From positions 163,065-227,064 of the forward strand of contig CAOJXR010000002.1 in the NCBI GenBank assembly GCA_948465565.1: a stretch of 64,000 nucleotides of DNA. Reading direction: 5' to 3'. A model generated the notes under the pieces. That model saw nothing but the letters and a program-made list of their open reading frames with translations, was not told the origin of the DNA and made no database searches. Shown piece by piece: positions 20,680 through 32,564 of this stretch; position 1 is the stretch's first letter, and the number at the start of each line of letters is the position of its first letter. The translations under genes were made by a program, and so were the position numbers. Origin of the DNA: an uncultured Clostridium sp. GTDB lineage: Bacteria; Bacillota; Clostridia; TANB77; CAG-508.

Positions 20680-22281
20680 TTATTTATTCTTATTTTCTAG
20701 TGCTGCTTTTATTAACCCTGCAAATAGTGGTCCTGGTCTATCTGGTCTTGATTTAAATTCTGGGTGGAATTGTCCAGCTATAAAGAATGGGTGATTTTTA
20801 TATTCAACAATTTCGACTAAGCTTCCATCTGGTGACGTTCCAGAGCATATTAATCCTTTTTCCTCTAAAGCTTCTTTATAGTCATTGTTGTACTCAAATC
20901 TATGTCTATGTCTTTCTTCAATATTTTCTTTATTGTATAATTCGTATGCTAAAGATCCTTTTTTAATTGTACATGGGTAACTTCCAAGTCTCATTGTTCC
21001 ACCTTTTTTAGTTATTCCTTTTTGATTTTCCATTATATGTATTACTGGATTTTTAGTTGTATCGTTGAACTCTGCTGAATTTGCATCTGTTAATCCTAGT
21101 ATATTTCTTGCGAATTCTACAACTGCCATTTGCATTCCTAAACAAATTCCTAAGAATGGTATATTATTTTCTCTTGCATATTTTATTGCAGTAATTTTTC
21201 CTTCTATTCCTCTGTTTCCAAATCCTCCTGGAACTAGGATTCCATTGTATTCTTTTAATATTTTTTCAACGTTTTTATTTGTGATTGTTTCTGAATCTAT
21301 AAATCCAATTTTAACCTTAGCATTATTAACAAAGCCTCCATGTCTTAAACTTTCAACTACTGATAAATATGAGTCTTCTAACTTCATATATTTTCCTACT
21401 AAGGCTATTTTCACTTCATCTTTGCAGTTTTTTATTCTTTCTGTTAGTTCTTTCCAATCGCTATTGTTCTCAGTTTTGTCTAATTTTAATTTTTTGCAAA
21501 CAGCTCTTGCCAAACCGTCTTCTTCTAATAATATTGGAACTTCGTATAATGTATCTGCTGTTAAATTTTCTATTACATTTTCTGGTCGAACATTACAGAA
21601 TAATGCTATTTTATTTTTCATATCTTCTGGTATATGATCTTCTGCTCTTGCAACTAATATGTCTGGTTTTATACCAAAAGATTGTAGTTCTTTTACAGAG
21701 TGTTGTGTAGGTTTTGATTTAATTTCCTTTGACCCTGAAATATATGGTAACAAAGTTACATGGATATAACAAACATCGTCTATCTCTTTTTCTATACCAA
21801 CTTGTCTTATAGCTTCAACTAAAGCTTGTCCTTCCATATCTCCAATTGTTCCACCAAGTTCCGTTATTACTATATCTGTGTCTGTATTTTCAAACGAATA
21901 TATTTTTTCTTTTATTTCATTTGTAATGTGGGGAATTACTTGTATTGTTCTACCTAAATATGTACCTTTTCTTTCTTTTTCAATAACACTTGAGTATATT
22001 TGTCCCATTGATACACTAGAATTTCTAGTTAAATTTTCATCTATAAATCTTTCATAATGACCTAAGTCTAAGTCCGTTTCTGCTCCATCGTCTGTTACAA
22101 ATACTTCTCCATGTTCATATGGACTCATTGTTCCTGGGTCTACATTTATGTATGGGTCAAATTTTTGTATTGTTACTTTGTATCCCCTATTTTTTAATAA
22201 TCTTCCTAGTGATGCTGCTGTTATTCCTTTTCCTAGTCCTGAGACTACTCCACCTGTTACGAATACATATTTAGTTTTCAT
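20680..22281 (-). CDS. pyrG: CTP synthase
   Basis: N-terminal [27 protein letters not shown]; C-terminal glutamine amidotransferase domain GICLGMQ. Confidence 0.95.
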   Translation of the reverse strand: MKTKYVFVTGGVVSGLGKGITAASLGRLLKNRGYKVTIQKFDPYINVDPGTMSPYEHGEVFVTDDGAETDLDLGHYERFIDENLTRNSSVSMGQIYSSVIEKERKGTYLGRTIQVIPHITNEIKEKIYSFENTDTDIVITELGGTIGDMEGQALVEAIRQVGIEKEIDDVCYIHVTLLPYISGSKEIKSKPTQHSVKELQSFGIKPDILVARAEDHIPEDMKNKIALFCNVRPENVIENLTADTLYEVPILLEEDGLARAVCKKLKLDKTENNSDWKELTERIKNCKDEVKIALVGKYMKLEDSYLSVVESLRHGGFVNNAKVKIGFIDSETITNKNVEKILKEYNGILVPGGFGNRGIEGKITAIKYARENNIPFLGICLGMQMAVVEFARNILGLTDANSAEFNDTTKNPVIHIMENQKGITKKGGTMRLGSYPCTIKKGSLAYELYNKENIEERHRHRFEYNNDYKEALEEKGLICSGTSPDGSLVEIVEYKNHPFFIAGQFHPEFKSRPDRPGPLFAGLIKAALENKNK

Positions 22282-22300
22282 CGTTTTTCCCCCTTTTATT

Positions 22301-23170
22301 TTATTTATTTCTTTGTTTTACAACCTCATACATAATAATTCCTGCTGATACTGATGCGTTTAGTGAAGTGATTTTGCCTTTCATAGGAATTTTTACTAGC
22401 ATGTCTGTGTTTTCTTTTACCAGTCTACTCATACCATAGCCTTCACTTCCAATTATTATTGCTATATCACCCTTTAAATCTTGATTATAATATAATGTTC
22501 TTGCATCTCCGTCTGTTCCTATAATCCATAAACCATTATCTTTTAATTTTCTGATAGTTTCATTTATATTATTTACTCTTGCAATTTTCATATGTTCAAC
22601 TGCACCTGCTGAAACTTTGCTAACTGTACTATTTACTGTGACAGTTCTTCTTTTTGGAATTATTATTCCATGAACGCCCGCTGTTTCTGCTGTTCTAATT
22701 ATTGAGCCTAAATTGTGTGGATCTTCTATTCCATCTAATATTAATATAAATGCATCTTCTTGTTTTGATTTTGCATAATCTAAAATATCTTCTATTTCAC
22801 AGTAGTTAAATGGTGGTACTACTGCAATTACACCTTGGTGATTTTGAGTTTTCGACATGAAATCTAATTTTGATTTTTCAACTTCTGTTACAACAACCTT
22901 GTTTTCTTTAGCAATTGCAATGATTTTGTTTATTGAACCATGTTTTTCCCCATTTTGTACAAATATTTTGTTGATATCTCTATCTGAGTCTAATAATTCA
23001 AGTACAGCATTTCTGCCTTCTACAATATCATCATATTCATTTTCATCTTTTTGTCTTACTTCTTGTCTTTCAAAGTTCTTAGGTTTGTAGTCTCTTTTTT
23101 CAAAGTTTCTATTCTTTGGAGCTTGTCTGTCGAATTTCTCTGGTCTTCTTTTAGGCTTATTCTCTTTCAT
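22301..23170 (-). CDS. rlmB: 23S rRNA (guanosine-2'-O)-methyltransferase RlmB (SpoU/TrmH family) with basic N-terminal extension
   Basis: SpoU_sub_bind region followed by SpoU methylase motifs [21 protein letters not shown] ... [10 protein letters not shown] ... [10 protein letters not shown]. Confidence 0.8.
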   Translation of the reverse strand: MKENKPKRRPEKFDRQAPKNRNFEKRDYKPKNFERQEVRQKDENEYDDIVEGRNAVLELLDSDRDINKIFVQNGEKHGSINKIIAIAKENKVVVTEVEKSKLDFMSKTQNHQGVIAVVPPFNYCEIEDILDYAKSKQEDAFILILDGIEDPHNLGSIIRTAETAGVHGIIIPKRRTVTVNSTVSKVSAGAVEHMKIARVNNINETIRKLKDNGLWIIGTDGDARTLYYNQDLKGDIAIIIGSEGYGMSRLVKENTDMLVKIPMKGKITSLNASVSAGIIMYEVVKQRNK

Positions 23171-23173
23171 TTT

Positions 23174-23791
23174 TTAATCCTCTTTCTTTTCATGTTTTTC
23201 TTTTACTGGTATTAATAATGCTCTTTCTTTACTAATTCCTACTATTTTTCCTAATATTAAAAGAATAACTGGCGCTGCAATTAGCGCTATTTCAATTATT
23301 ACATTTTCATATACAAATGATATTTCTCTTAATGCATATACTATTGATAATGAATATATTGGTATATATATTAATAAATTATCATGTTTATATATAAATA
23401 GTGCAGATAGTGCAAATAATACAACTCCAAGTATTTGAATAAATACTTCTAAAACTGGGATTATATTTCCTTCTACACTAAACTGTACAATATAACTTGC
23501 TATTGCAAGTACTGCAATAAAAAGTACTGTTTTCGTTGAACCTTCTATTGCATGTGTTTTTAAAACAAGTATCAAAACGACTAAAAGTGCCACACCCTCT
23601 GCTATACAAAATTTTTCGTATCCTTCTTTGATTGTAACAAATTCTTTTATTTTTTCTTGGTCTTTTTTACTTATTATATTATAATTTGTTTCAGGTGCTT
23701 CTTCTACTGGTTGTACGGCTGCAAGACTTACTGCTTGTAATAACAATAGTACTATTGCGCTTATCATAATTATTCTTTTTAATATTTTCAT
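23174..23791 (-). CDS. hypothetical membrane protein (signal peptide plus 4 TM helices)
   Basis: Hydrophobicity pattern only. Confidence 0.4.
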   Translation of the reverse strand: MKILKRIIMISAIVLLLLQAVSLAAVQPVEEAPETNYNIISKKDQEKIKEFVTIKEGYEKFCIAEGVALLVVLILVLKTHAIEGSTKTVLFIAVLAIASYIVQFSVEGNIIPVLEVFIQILGVVLFALSALFIYKHDNLLIYIPIYSLSIVYALREISFVYENVIIEIALIAAPVILLILGKIVGISKERALLIPVKEKHEKKED

Positions 23792-23802
23792 TTGTAGCTC
23801 CT

Positions 23803-25617
23803 TTATTCTTCGTCATCTAGCTTTAATACTGATAAAAAAGCCTCTTGTGGGATTTCTACATTTCCTATTTGTCTCATTTTCTTCTTACCTTTTTTCTGTT
23901 TTTCTAGAAGTTTTTTCTTTCTTGTAATATCTCCACCATAGCATTTAGCTAAAACGTCTTTTCTCATGGCTGATAGAGTTTCTCTTGCAATTATTTTTCC
24001 ACTTACTACTGCTTGAATTGGAATTTCAAATAATTGTCTTGGTATTACTGTTTTAAGCTTTTCAGCCATTTTTCTACCTCTATTGTAAGCAGAATCTTTA
24101 TGTACTATAAATGATAGTGCATCGACTGCTTCATTATTTATGTGTAAATCTAATTTAACTAGGTCTGATTGTTTATATTCCTTAAACTCGTAATCTACAG
24201 AGGCATATCCTTTTGTCTTTGACTTTAATGTATCAAAAAAGTCGTATATTATTTCATTTAAAGGCAAGTCATATTCAAGAATTACTCTGTTTGCATCTAA
24301 GTATTTCATGTCTATATATGTTCCACGTCTTTTTTGACATATATCCATTACATTTCCTACAAATTCTTTTGGAAGCATTATTTCGGCTTTCATTATTGGT
24401 TCTTCTATGCATTTTATTTCTTGTGTTTTAGGTAAATCTGTTGGATTGTAAAGTTCAATTATTTCTCCATTTGTTTTATGAACTTTGTAAATAACTGATG
24501 GGGCTGTTGTGATTAAACCTAAATCAAACTCTCTTTCTAATCTTTCAATTATTATTTCTAAATGTAATAACCCTAAAAAACCACATCTGAATCCAAAACC
24601 AAGTGCAACTGATGTTTCTGGCTCATATTCTAAAGCTGCATCATTTAGTTTTAATTTTTCTAGTGCATCTTTTAAGCTTTCATACTCACTTCCATCTAAA
24701 GGATACATTCCGCAATATACCATTGAGTTGGCTTTTTTATATCCTGGTAATGGCTCGTCTGCTGGAGTATTATAATTTGTTATTGTATCACCAACGTGTA
24801 AGTCTGATACATTTTTTATGCTTGCTGCGATATATCCAACTTCTCCTGCTTTTAAGCTTTCAGCTGGAATATATTCACCTGCTCCAAAATAGCCAACCTC
24901 ATTTACTGTAAAATGCTTATTTGTTGCCATAAATAATATTTCATCACCTGGTTTTACTGTTCCTTCTTTTACACGAACATAGCTTATTGCACCTTTGTAG
25001 TTATCGTAAAAAGAATCGAATATTAGGCATTTTAATTTAGCATTTCTATCTCCTTTAGGCGCTGGTATATCTGTTACTATTCTTTCTAGAACTTGTTCTA
25101 CATTTAATCCAGATTTTGCTGAAATGCAAGGTGCGTCCATTGCTGGTATTCCAATTACATCTTCTATTTCTTGTTTTATCTCATCTGGTCTTGCATTTGG
25201 TAAGTCTACTTTGTTTATTACTGGCAAAATTTCTAAGTTATTGTCTAAGGCTAAATATACGTTAGCAAGTGTTTGTGCTTCAACACCTTGACTACTGTCT
25301 ACAACTAATATTGCTCCTTCACATGCAGCTAAACTTCTTGAAACTTCATAATTGAAATCTACATGTCCTGGTGTGTCTATTAAGTTTAATATATATGTGT
25401 TTCCGTCTTTAGCAGTATAGTTCATTCTTACGGCTTGGGATTTGATTGTTATTCCTCTTTCTTTTTCAATATCCATGTTGTCAAGTACTTGGCTTTCCAT
25501 TTCTCTTTTTGAAAGTACTCCTGTCATTTCAATTAATCTGTCTGCTAATGTTGATTTTCCATGGTCTATATGAGCTATTATGCTGAAGTTTCTTATTTTT
25601 TCTTGGTTGTTTTCCAC
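23803..25617 (-). CDS. lepA: elongation factor 4 (ribosomal back-translocase LepA)
   Basis: [22 protein letters not shown]1 motif, DTPGHVDF G3, LepA-specific C-terminal domain. Confidence 0.95.
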   Translation of the reverse strand: MENNQEKIRNFSIIAHIDHGKSTLADRLIEMTGVLSKREMESQVLDNMDIEKERGITIKSQAVRMNYTAKDGNTYILNLIDTPGHVDFNYEVSRSLAACEGAILVVDSSQGVEAQTLANVYLALDNNLEILPVINKVDLPNARPDEIKQEIEDVIGIPAMDAPCISAKSGLNVEQVLERIVTDIPAPKGDRNAKLKCLIFDSFYDNYKGAISYVRVKEGTVKPGDEILFMATNKHFTVNEVGYFGAGEYIPAESLKAGEVGYIAASIKNVSDLHVGDTITNYNTPADEPLPGYKKANSMVYCGMYPLDGSEYESLKDALEKLKLNDAALEYEPETSVALGFGFRCGFLGLLHLEIIIERLEREFDLGLITTAPSVIYKVHKTNGEIIELYNPTDLPKTQEIKCIEEPIMKAEIMLPKEFVGNVMDICQKRRGTYIDMKYLDANRVILEYDLPLNEIIYDFFDTLKSKTKGYASVDYEFKEYKQSDLVKLDLHINNEAVDALSFIVHKDSAYNRGRKMAEKLKTVIPRQLFEIPIQAVVSGKIIARETLSAMRKDVLAKCYGGDITRKKKLLEKQKKGKKKMRQIGNVEIPQEAFLSVLKLDDEE

Positions 25618-25866
25618 TTATTTTATGCTCCTTGTTTTTGTTTTTTCTACATGCGTGTATTCTATCAAATTTGAGTTGTTATTTCAAGGATTTATGCATA
25701 AATAAACATAAATAAATCACCATAAAAATAAATATAATAATACTCACTCCTTGCTGGTCGCATTTTCTTTTAAAACACTCCAAAATTGCACATCATGTCG
25801 TATTATTATATTTGTTTTTATGGTGTATATTGTATGTGTAGCTTTTGTGGAATGAAACCTCTAACT

Positions 25867-26850
25867 CTATAATATTTTCCATATTCCACTTTTAGTAGAT
25901 CCTTGTCTTTCTATTATTTTATTGTCCTTTAAAATTTTAATATTATATGATATACCATCTCTGGTTAAATTCAAAATTTGGGCCATTTCAGTTTGTGTAA
26001 TACTTGGATTTTTCTTAATTAAATTTAAGATTTTTTCTTGTGTGGTTTCTTGTGTAGTTTCTTGTGTAGTTTCGCGTTGTTCTAAAATCATTCCATCAAC
26101 AGCTTTATTAATGATTTCAAGCATAAACTCTATAAATTCATTTGAATTTCCAGTATTATTGCAGTTCTGAATAACAGTATAGTATTCTTCTTGATTTTTC
26201 TTTATTATACTTTCTATAGGTAAATACTTAAATAATTTTTTCCAATGAGTAAGTATTATTGTTTGCCATAGTCTTGCTGTTCTTCCATTTCCATCTGAAA
26301 AAGGATGTATAAATAAAAATTCATAATGAAAAATAGAAGATAAAATTAATGGATTAACATTATCTTTCTCCTTATTCATCCAATTAAACAAATTATCCAT
26401 AAGAATAGGAACCATCGTATGTGGGGGACATGTAAATATGCATATATCATTTTCATCGTAAACCCCTTCCCCATGATTTCTAAATTTTCCGCTATCATTT
26501 TCTATTGCAAAAGTTAGCATCCCTTGTATTTTCTTTAAATCTTCTACAGAATATGGATTAACATTATCAATTTCTTCATAAGCTTTATATGCATTTTTTA
26601 CTTCTTGAATATCCCTTTGTTCTCCAATTACTGTTTTTCCATTGATTATCGCTTCAACTTGAAATAATGACAATTGATTATTTTCAATTGCTAAAGAAGA
26701 ATGAATTGATTTTATTCTTGACTTTCTTCTTAATTCTGGATATCTATTTAACTTCTCAAAATAGTTAGCCTCACCTATTTTTTCCATTATTTCAGTTGCC
26801 AAATTTAACATTTTGTCAGTAATTTTGTATGGTAGATAATTTTTTCCCAT
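25867..26850 (-). CDS. Fic-family protein (AMPylase fold) with C-terminal winged-helix DNA-binding domain; contains a 3x tandem TTQE repeat
   Basis: HPFSDGNGRTARL Fic motif; C-terminal ITQTEMAQILNLTRDGISYNIKILKDNKII wHTH; 12-nt tandem repeat at ~26040-26080. Confidence 0.8.
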   Translation of the reverse strand: MGKNYLPYKITDKMLNLATEIMEKIGEANYFEKLNRYPELRRKSRIKSIHSSLAIENNQLSLFQVEAIINGKTVIGEQRDIQEVKNAYKAYEEIDNVNPYSVEDLKKIQGMLTFAIENDSGKFRNHGEGVYDENDICIFTCPPHTMVPILMDNLFNWMNKEKDNVNPLILSSIFHYEFLFIHPFSDGNGRTARLWQTIILTHWKKLFKYLPIESIIKKNQEEYYTVIQNCNNTGNSNEFIEFMLEIINKAVDGMILEQRETTQETTQETTQEKILNLIKKNPSITQTEMAQILNLTRDGISYNIKILKDNKIIERQGSTKSGIWKIL

Positions 26851-27028
26851 TCACTACCTCCATTTTCTCTTTTATAGTTTATATCATAAGCCACCATATT
26901 TTTCAATATATTCTATAGTCTCAGTTATTTTAATTTTATATGCAATAAAACTATATTAATTTGCAAATAAGAAAAGAGATAGCAATATTGTATTTATTGC
27001 TATCTCTGCTTTTAGTAATTATATATTT

Positions 27029-27673
27029 TTAAAATAATCCGAAGAAAAATCCTGATGGCATTACGTATATTATAAATAGTACTACTGGAAGTAATTGCCA
27101 TGCTTCTCCTTCAACATGTACTGGTTCAAATGCATCTTTCGCACCTTCTACAAGGTTTCCTGCACCTTCTTTTACATCTCCGAAGTTAAAGCTAAATCCA
27201 TTTAAGAAGTTAAAAGCTTTTTGTATATATCCTTTAACAGCCTCTATTGCATCATCAATTATTGTCTTATTGGTTGGTATTTCATCTACATATGATACTC
27301 TATATTCATCTATACTTCCGACTTCATATAGTAATTTGAATTTTCTTTCTTCTCCTGGTTGCATGTTTTCAAATGCTAAATATTTTTCTTGCATGAATTT
27401 GCCTTTATAGAAAGACTCAACTTTTACATATTGTTTTTCAATAACCTTTTTTGATGCGTTTTTTACTGTTCCTGTAAAATAAGCTTGTTGTTTGTTTGAA
27501 TTTGCTCTATCTACATTTATTTCAAATCCATTATTTGCTTTTTCAATTATTAATTTATTACTAGCTACACTTTTATAAGAATTCTTGAGTAATAAATTAC
27601 TTGCTACACTGGAGAATATCCAAAATAATATTATAATTAAAGCATATGTAAAAAACGTTTGCATTCTTTTCAT
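27029..27673 (-). CDS. hypothetical membrane protein (N-terminal anchor, C-terminal TM)
   Basis: Hydrophobic termini; no motif recognised. Confidence 0.35.
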   Translation of the reverse strand: MKRMQTFFTYALIIILFWIFSSVASNLLLKNSYKSVASNKLIIEKANNGFEINVDRANSNKQQAYFTGTVKNASKKVIEKQYVKVESFYKGKFMQEKYLAFENMQPGEERKFKLLYEVGSIDEYRVSYVDEIPTNKTIIDDAIEAVKGYIQKAFNFLNGFSFNFGDVKEGAGNLVEGAKDAFEPVHVEGEAWQLLPVVLFIIYVMPSGFFFGLF

Positions 27674-27831
27674 AGCTTCCTCCTACTTTTTTAAATTCCT
27701 TTTTTATTATACAACACTTTACATAAATTGTAAATATGCTTTTTGCCTATATTTCAGCTTATTGTATCATCATTTATTTAACTTTATATTTATATATAAA
27801 GTTTGAAATTAGTTTTATATATAAAATCGTT

Positions 27832-30800
27832 TTAGAATATTCTAATTTCTTTATTTAAATAAATTGAATATATATAACATTCTTTTATTTTTGTTTTTAG
27901 CGCATCTTCTAAAGCTTTTTTATAAATTTCTAGTTGGACTTTATATTTTTCAATTAATTCTGTCTCATTTTGAACATAGTCAGTTTTGTAATCTACTAAA
28001 ATGCAATCATTATTTTCGTCAATATAGTATAGGTCGATAATACCTTGTACAAGCGTATTTTCATCACTTTCAGTATCATATATTTCTTTTGTAGATATGT
28101 ATGTATAAAAAGGTTGTTCTTTATATATTTCTTTTGCATTTCTTACTTTGCTCATAAAATCAGAATTCATTATTTGATATATTTTTTCAATTGGAATTAC
28201 ATTTTTCTGAGCTTCAGAAATTATTTTTTTCATATACAGTTTTTCAACAAATTCTTGTATATCTTTTTTAGTATAACTCTTTCTCAAATTTAATCTTTGT
28301 AAAATTAAATGTATTAGTGTTCCTTTTTCTGCCCCTGAAATTCTGCCATCTTCTTGCATGAACCTTGGCTTTATTTCAACCATTTGTTGCTTTTTCTCTT
28401 CCTTTGTTTTTAGTTCTTTTATCTTAGTAACACTCATTTTACTTTGTAATTTTGTTATATCCTCATATTTATATTTCCAATTTAAAATTTCAGTTATTTT
28501 ATCATATTCTTTAGTTTTCTTTATATCTCTTATTTCAGTTTTGATTTCTTGTTTTTCATCTTTTTTAAAAATGTCTTTTTTAGATATTTTATTTAAAGTC
28601 ATATATTCTGAAATATTTTCATTGTTCAAATATACTAATTGTAGCCATCCTAGATAACTTTTGTATTTTTTTAGTAATAAATGATTTATTTTTCCATTTT
28701 CTTTTTCGTAATTTTCAAGTAACTCTTTTTTCTCTTCAAGTGCTTTTTCTAAGTCATTTTCAACACCTGTAATTATTAACTTTTCTTTTGCACGAGTTAG
28801 TGCAACATATAGAATTCTCATTTCTTCAGCAATTGACTCATTTTTTAATTTTATTTTTATTGCCTCTTTTGCTGCTGTTGTATATTCTATTTTTTTATCA
28901 TAATTTATGTATTGAGGTCCAAAGCCTATATCTTGATGTAACAAAATTGAATCACTTAATTCTCTTTCATTAAACTTTTTGTCTGCTCTTGAAATAATTG
29001 CAACAGGAAATTCTAGTCCTTTACTTTTGTGAATACTCATTATTCTAACTACATTTTCATTTTCTCCAATTAACTTTGCTGCTGATAAATCGTTATTTGA
29101 ATTTTTAATTTTTTCTATGTATCTTATAAAGCTGAATAATCCTTTAAAGCTGATTTTTTCATATTCTTTTGCTCTTTCAAGAAACATTTTTAAATTAGCT
29201 TTTCTAATTTCTCCACTTGGAAGTAATCTTACATAATTATAATAATCTGTTTGATTATATATTTTCCAAATTAATTCATTTAAAGGTAAATATTTTTCTT
29301 CTTCTCTCCACTCATTTAGTTTATCTATAAAGTCACTTATTTTTAATCTTAATTTATCATTTATTTTTTTTGACTCTAATGCTGCTAGCACTGCATCGTA
29401 AAAGTATCCATATTTTCCGAACTAATCGTATTTCTAATAATTCATTATCCGAAAAATCTCCTATAAATGACCTCATTACACTTACTAAAGGAATATCTCT
29501 ATATGGGTTATCAATTATTTTCAATAAAGATATCATGTTTCCAATTTCGATTGAGTCTAAATAATTTTCGCTCGTGTCACTAAAAACTGGTATTTCTAGC
29601 TTTGTTAATTCTTTTTCAAAAAATGTTGCAATATTTGAAGTTGCTCTTAAAAGAATTACGATGTCTCTATATTCAATATTTCTATAGCCTTTTTTTCTAT
29701 CATATATTTGGTATTTTGATTTTACTAATTCTTCAATTCTTTTGGCTACAAATTTTGCTTCTATCTCAACTTTTTCAAGTATTCTATTTTCCTCTTCTTC
29801 AACTTCTTCATCTTCAATTATTTCTTGCTTTAAATCTATTATGTCTAACTCTGCTTTTCCTGCATACGGTAATTCAGTACTTTGTGGTTCTTCATAAGTT
29901 GCAGCTAAATTTAAATATTCAGTTTCGTCGTATTCAATCTCTCCAAACTCTTTGCTCATAATATCTTGGAAAACTAGGTTTGTTACGTCTAATACATTTT
30001 TTCTACTTCTGAAGTTCTTAAATAGTTGTATTTTTTGCCCTTTTTCGTTTCTTTCTTTTGTGTATTTTTCATATTTATCTAAAAATAATTCTGGTCTTGC
30101 TTGTCTAAATCTGTATATACTCTGTTTTACATCTCCAACCATAAAAATATTTTTTTCATTTGAAATTGATGTTAATATATATTCTTGTACTAAGTTACTA
30201 TCTTGGTACTCGTCTATTGCTATTTCAGCAAACTTTTCTTGATATTTTTTGGCTACTTCTGTTTTATTATAGCTACCATTTTCGTTTTCTTGTAATAGAA
30301 TTTTTAGTGCATAATGTTCAATATCACTGAAATCCATTACATTTTTAGTTTGTTTTTTTTCAATAAATTTTTCTGTAAATTTTAAAACTACATATTTTAG
30401 ATTTTCAAGTATTGGATACATTTCGTTTATGTCTTCCAATAACTCATCTGTAGTGCCTAAAAAAGTTTTTTTCGCTGCATTTGTTCTTCTTTTTTTTACA
30501 TTATCTCGAATAACCTTGACCTCATCTTTTACTGTCAAAGTTATTTTTGAGTCTTTTGACCATTGTTTAGGTTTTATGTTGTTATATTTTTCGTATATAG
30601 CATCCCAACTCATGTTTGGTACAATTAGTTCTTCTAACTGGTTTATATCATCTGCTATTATTAATTCATATTTTTCTAATTCTGAAAACTTTGAAAGCTT
30701 GCACTTGCAGTTTTTTAAAATATTTATTGAATTCAATATTTCATCTTTGAAATTATTTAATAAAATTTTTCCCCATATTGTTTCTGAAAAATCATTTATG

Positions 30801-31402
30801 TTATCAGTTTTATAATCTTTTATTTTCTCTTCAAGCCATTTTTCGGGAAATGGACTGCTTTGTATATAATCATATATTTTTAATATTATTGTTTTTAAGT
30901 CTTCATCATCTTTGTAACCTGCATATAGATTTACTAACTTATAAAATCTATCATCATTTGATATATATAATTCTTCGAAAGTATCCTCTAAACTTTCTTG
31001 CTTTAATAGCTCTAGTTCTGCATTATCAGCTATTCTAAAATTCCCTTGTATTCCAATTTCAAAAAAGTTATTTCGTATTACATCTAAACAGAATGAATCT
31101 ATTGTACATATACTTGCTTTGCTAAGCAAAACAATTTGTTTTCTTAGTCTTGTATTTAGTGGGTCATTGTCAATCTCTTTATATAGTGCATTTAATATTC
31201 TTTCTCTCATTTCTGAGGCTGCTGCATTGGTAAATGTCACTACTAAAATTTTGTCTATATCAATATTTTCATCTATTATTTTTCTTATTATTCTTTCGAC
31301 AAGAACTGTGGTTTTACCGCTACCAGCAGCTGCTGCAACTAATATGTTACTTTCATTTTCAGTTATGGCTAACGATTGTTCTTTCGTCCATTCTGTTCCC
31401 AT
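27832..31402 (-). CDS. addA: ATP-dependent helicase/nuclease subunit A (AddA / RexA), split in two ORFs at an in-frame CGG codon (+ strand ccg 29417-29419)
   Basis: N-terminal UvrD-like helicase (LVAAAAGSGKTTVLVERI); C-terminal PD-(D/E)xK nuclease (IIDLYYIDENNDCILVDYKTD); ORF1 reads ...EIRLV-CGG then stops, +1 frame continues GKYGYFYDAVLAALESKK; pieces sum to about 1200 aa. Confidence 0.8.
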
Positions 31403-31406
31403 TTTC

Positions 31407-31625
31407 TTATCCTTTCATTAATTTTTTCATCAATTCTTCAATTTGTTGTTTTTTGGTTTTACTTTCTTCTTTGTCTATTTTAAATTTCTCATTTTCTAAA
31501 ATTACAACATCTCCATCTTTTATGTCTTCTGGAAATTGATCTATTTTAAATTTTTCCATTTCTTTTGTTTCTTGATTTTCACATATTACAATTTTATTTT
31601 CAATTCTGTCAATTATATATTTCAT
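31407..31625 (-). CDS. DUF3006-family small protein
   Basis: MKYIIDRIENKIVICE...GDVVILE pattern typical of DUF3006 (~70 aa). Confidence 0.5.
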   Translation of the reverse strand: MKYIIDRIENKIVICENQETKEMEKFKIDQFPEDIKDGDVVILENEKFKIDKEESKTKKQQIEELMKKLMKG

Positions 31626-31719
31626 AAATATTCGCCTTTCTACAACTTTGGCTAATTATATCAATTTATTGTTGTTATTACAATACTTTATCAGTATTGA
31701 CTATACTATAAATAGCATG

Positions 31720-31752
31720 CGAGAGGTTCTGGCCATAGCCAGAACCTCTCTT
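31720..31752. terminator. GC-rich perfect hairpin (agaggttctggc / gccagaacctct) downstream of the HNH gene; lacks a clear T-tract
   Basis: 12-bp perfect stem, 4-nt loop; composition unlike surroundings. Confidence 0.4.
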
Positions 31753-31769
31753 GCTTTCATCTACATATT

Positions 31770-32432
31770 TTATTGGTCATAGAACATAACATTTTCAAGG
31801 ATAATTACAGGAACTGCTTTGAGCCCCTTCTCTTTTGCAGCTGCATATGCTGCTATTCCACTGAGCACAACCTGATTTTGAGATAATACTAATGGAACTG
31901 GCAATTTATTGTGTTCTTCAATGAATGAACATGTTTTTAGGTATCTTGCTTCTCCATGTGTTCTTGTTGCTTTTTGAATCAAATCAAGTTTTTGAATTGT
32001 TACCCAGTCCCTAGGCAAATCGAAACCGTCTATCCTTTTCGAATCATACTTTGCGGTCATTTTTCTGGTGATTGCTTTTTTGCAATACTTTTTTCTTGCC
32101 TCCTCGGAGCTAATAGTTCGCCAAACTTTAAATTCCATTTCGTTCATATTGGATTTGTGACTATTACATTGACCACAAGATGGTTCAAGATTGTTTGTAA
32201 TTGACACTCCTCCAAAGTCTTGAGGAAATAGATGGTCTATTGTACACGCTTCTGGTCTCATGATTTTGTGACAATAGTAACACCGTGTCCTTCCTTTTAA
32301 TGCGTAAGTTACTTGATTCATTAATTCTCTATAATTACATCCTCCATGAATCTCTAAAACTCCTTCCCGTATTATTACATACCAACCATTGTTGTAGACT
32401 TTGCTGAACTTTTCTGGTAATTCTATAATCAT
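31770..32432 (-). CDS. HNH endonuclease fused to a C-terminal ParB/Srx-like nuclease-type domain
   Basis: CYYCHK...TIDHLFPQDFGG...NLEPSCGQCNSHKSN HNH zinc-finger core; C-terminal VLSGIAAYAAAKEKGLKAVPVI ParB-like; higher GC than neighbours; in-frame CGG (Arg) codon. Confidence 0.7.
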   Translation of the reverse strand: MIIELPEKFSKVYNNGWYVIIREGVLEIHGGCNYRELMNQVTYALKGRTRCYYCHKIMRPEACTIDHLFPQDFGGVSITNNLEPSCGQCNSHKSNMNEMEFKVWRTISSEEARKKYCKKAITRKMTAKYDSKRIDGFDLPRDWVTIQKLDLIQKATRTHGEARYLKTCSFIEEHNKLPVPLVLSQNQVVLSGIAAYAAAKEKGLKAVPVIILENVMFYDQ

Positions 32433-32564
32433 AAGAAAAACCTCCTTAGGAATTCGTCCATGTTTAAAGTTTTCTAAATATTATCATTGTTTAATTTAAA
32501 AATCAATGCCTTGCATTTTATATTTTTCTATAATATAATGTTTTACTACAAAAGGGGGTAAAAA

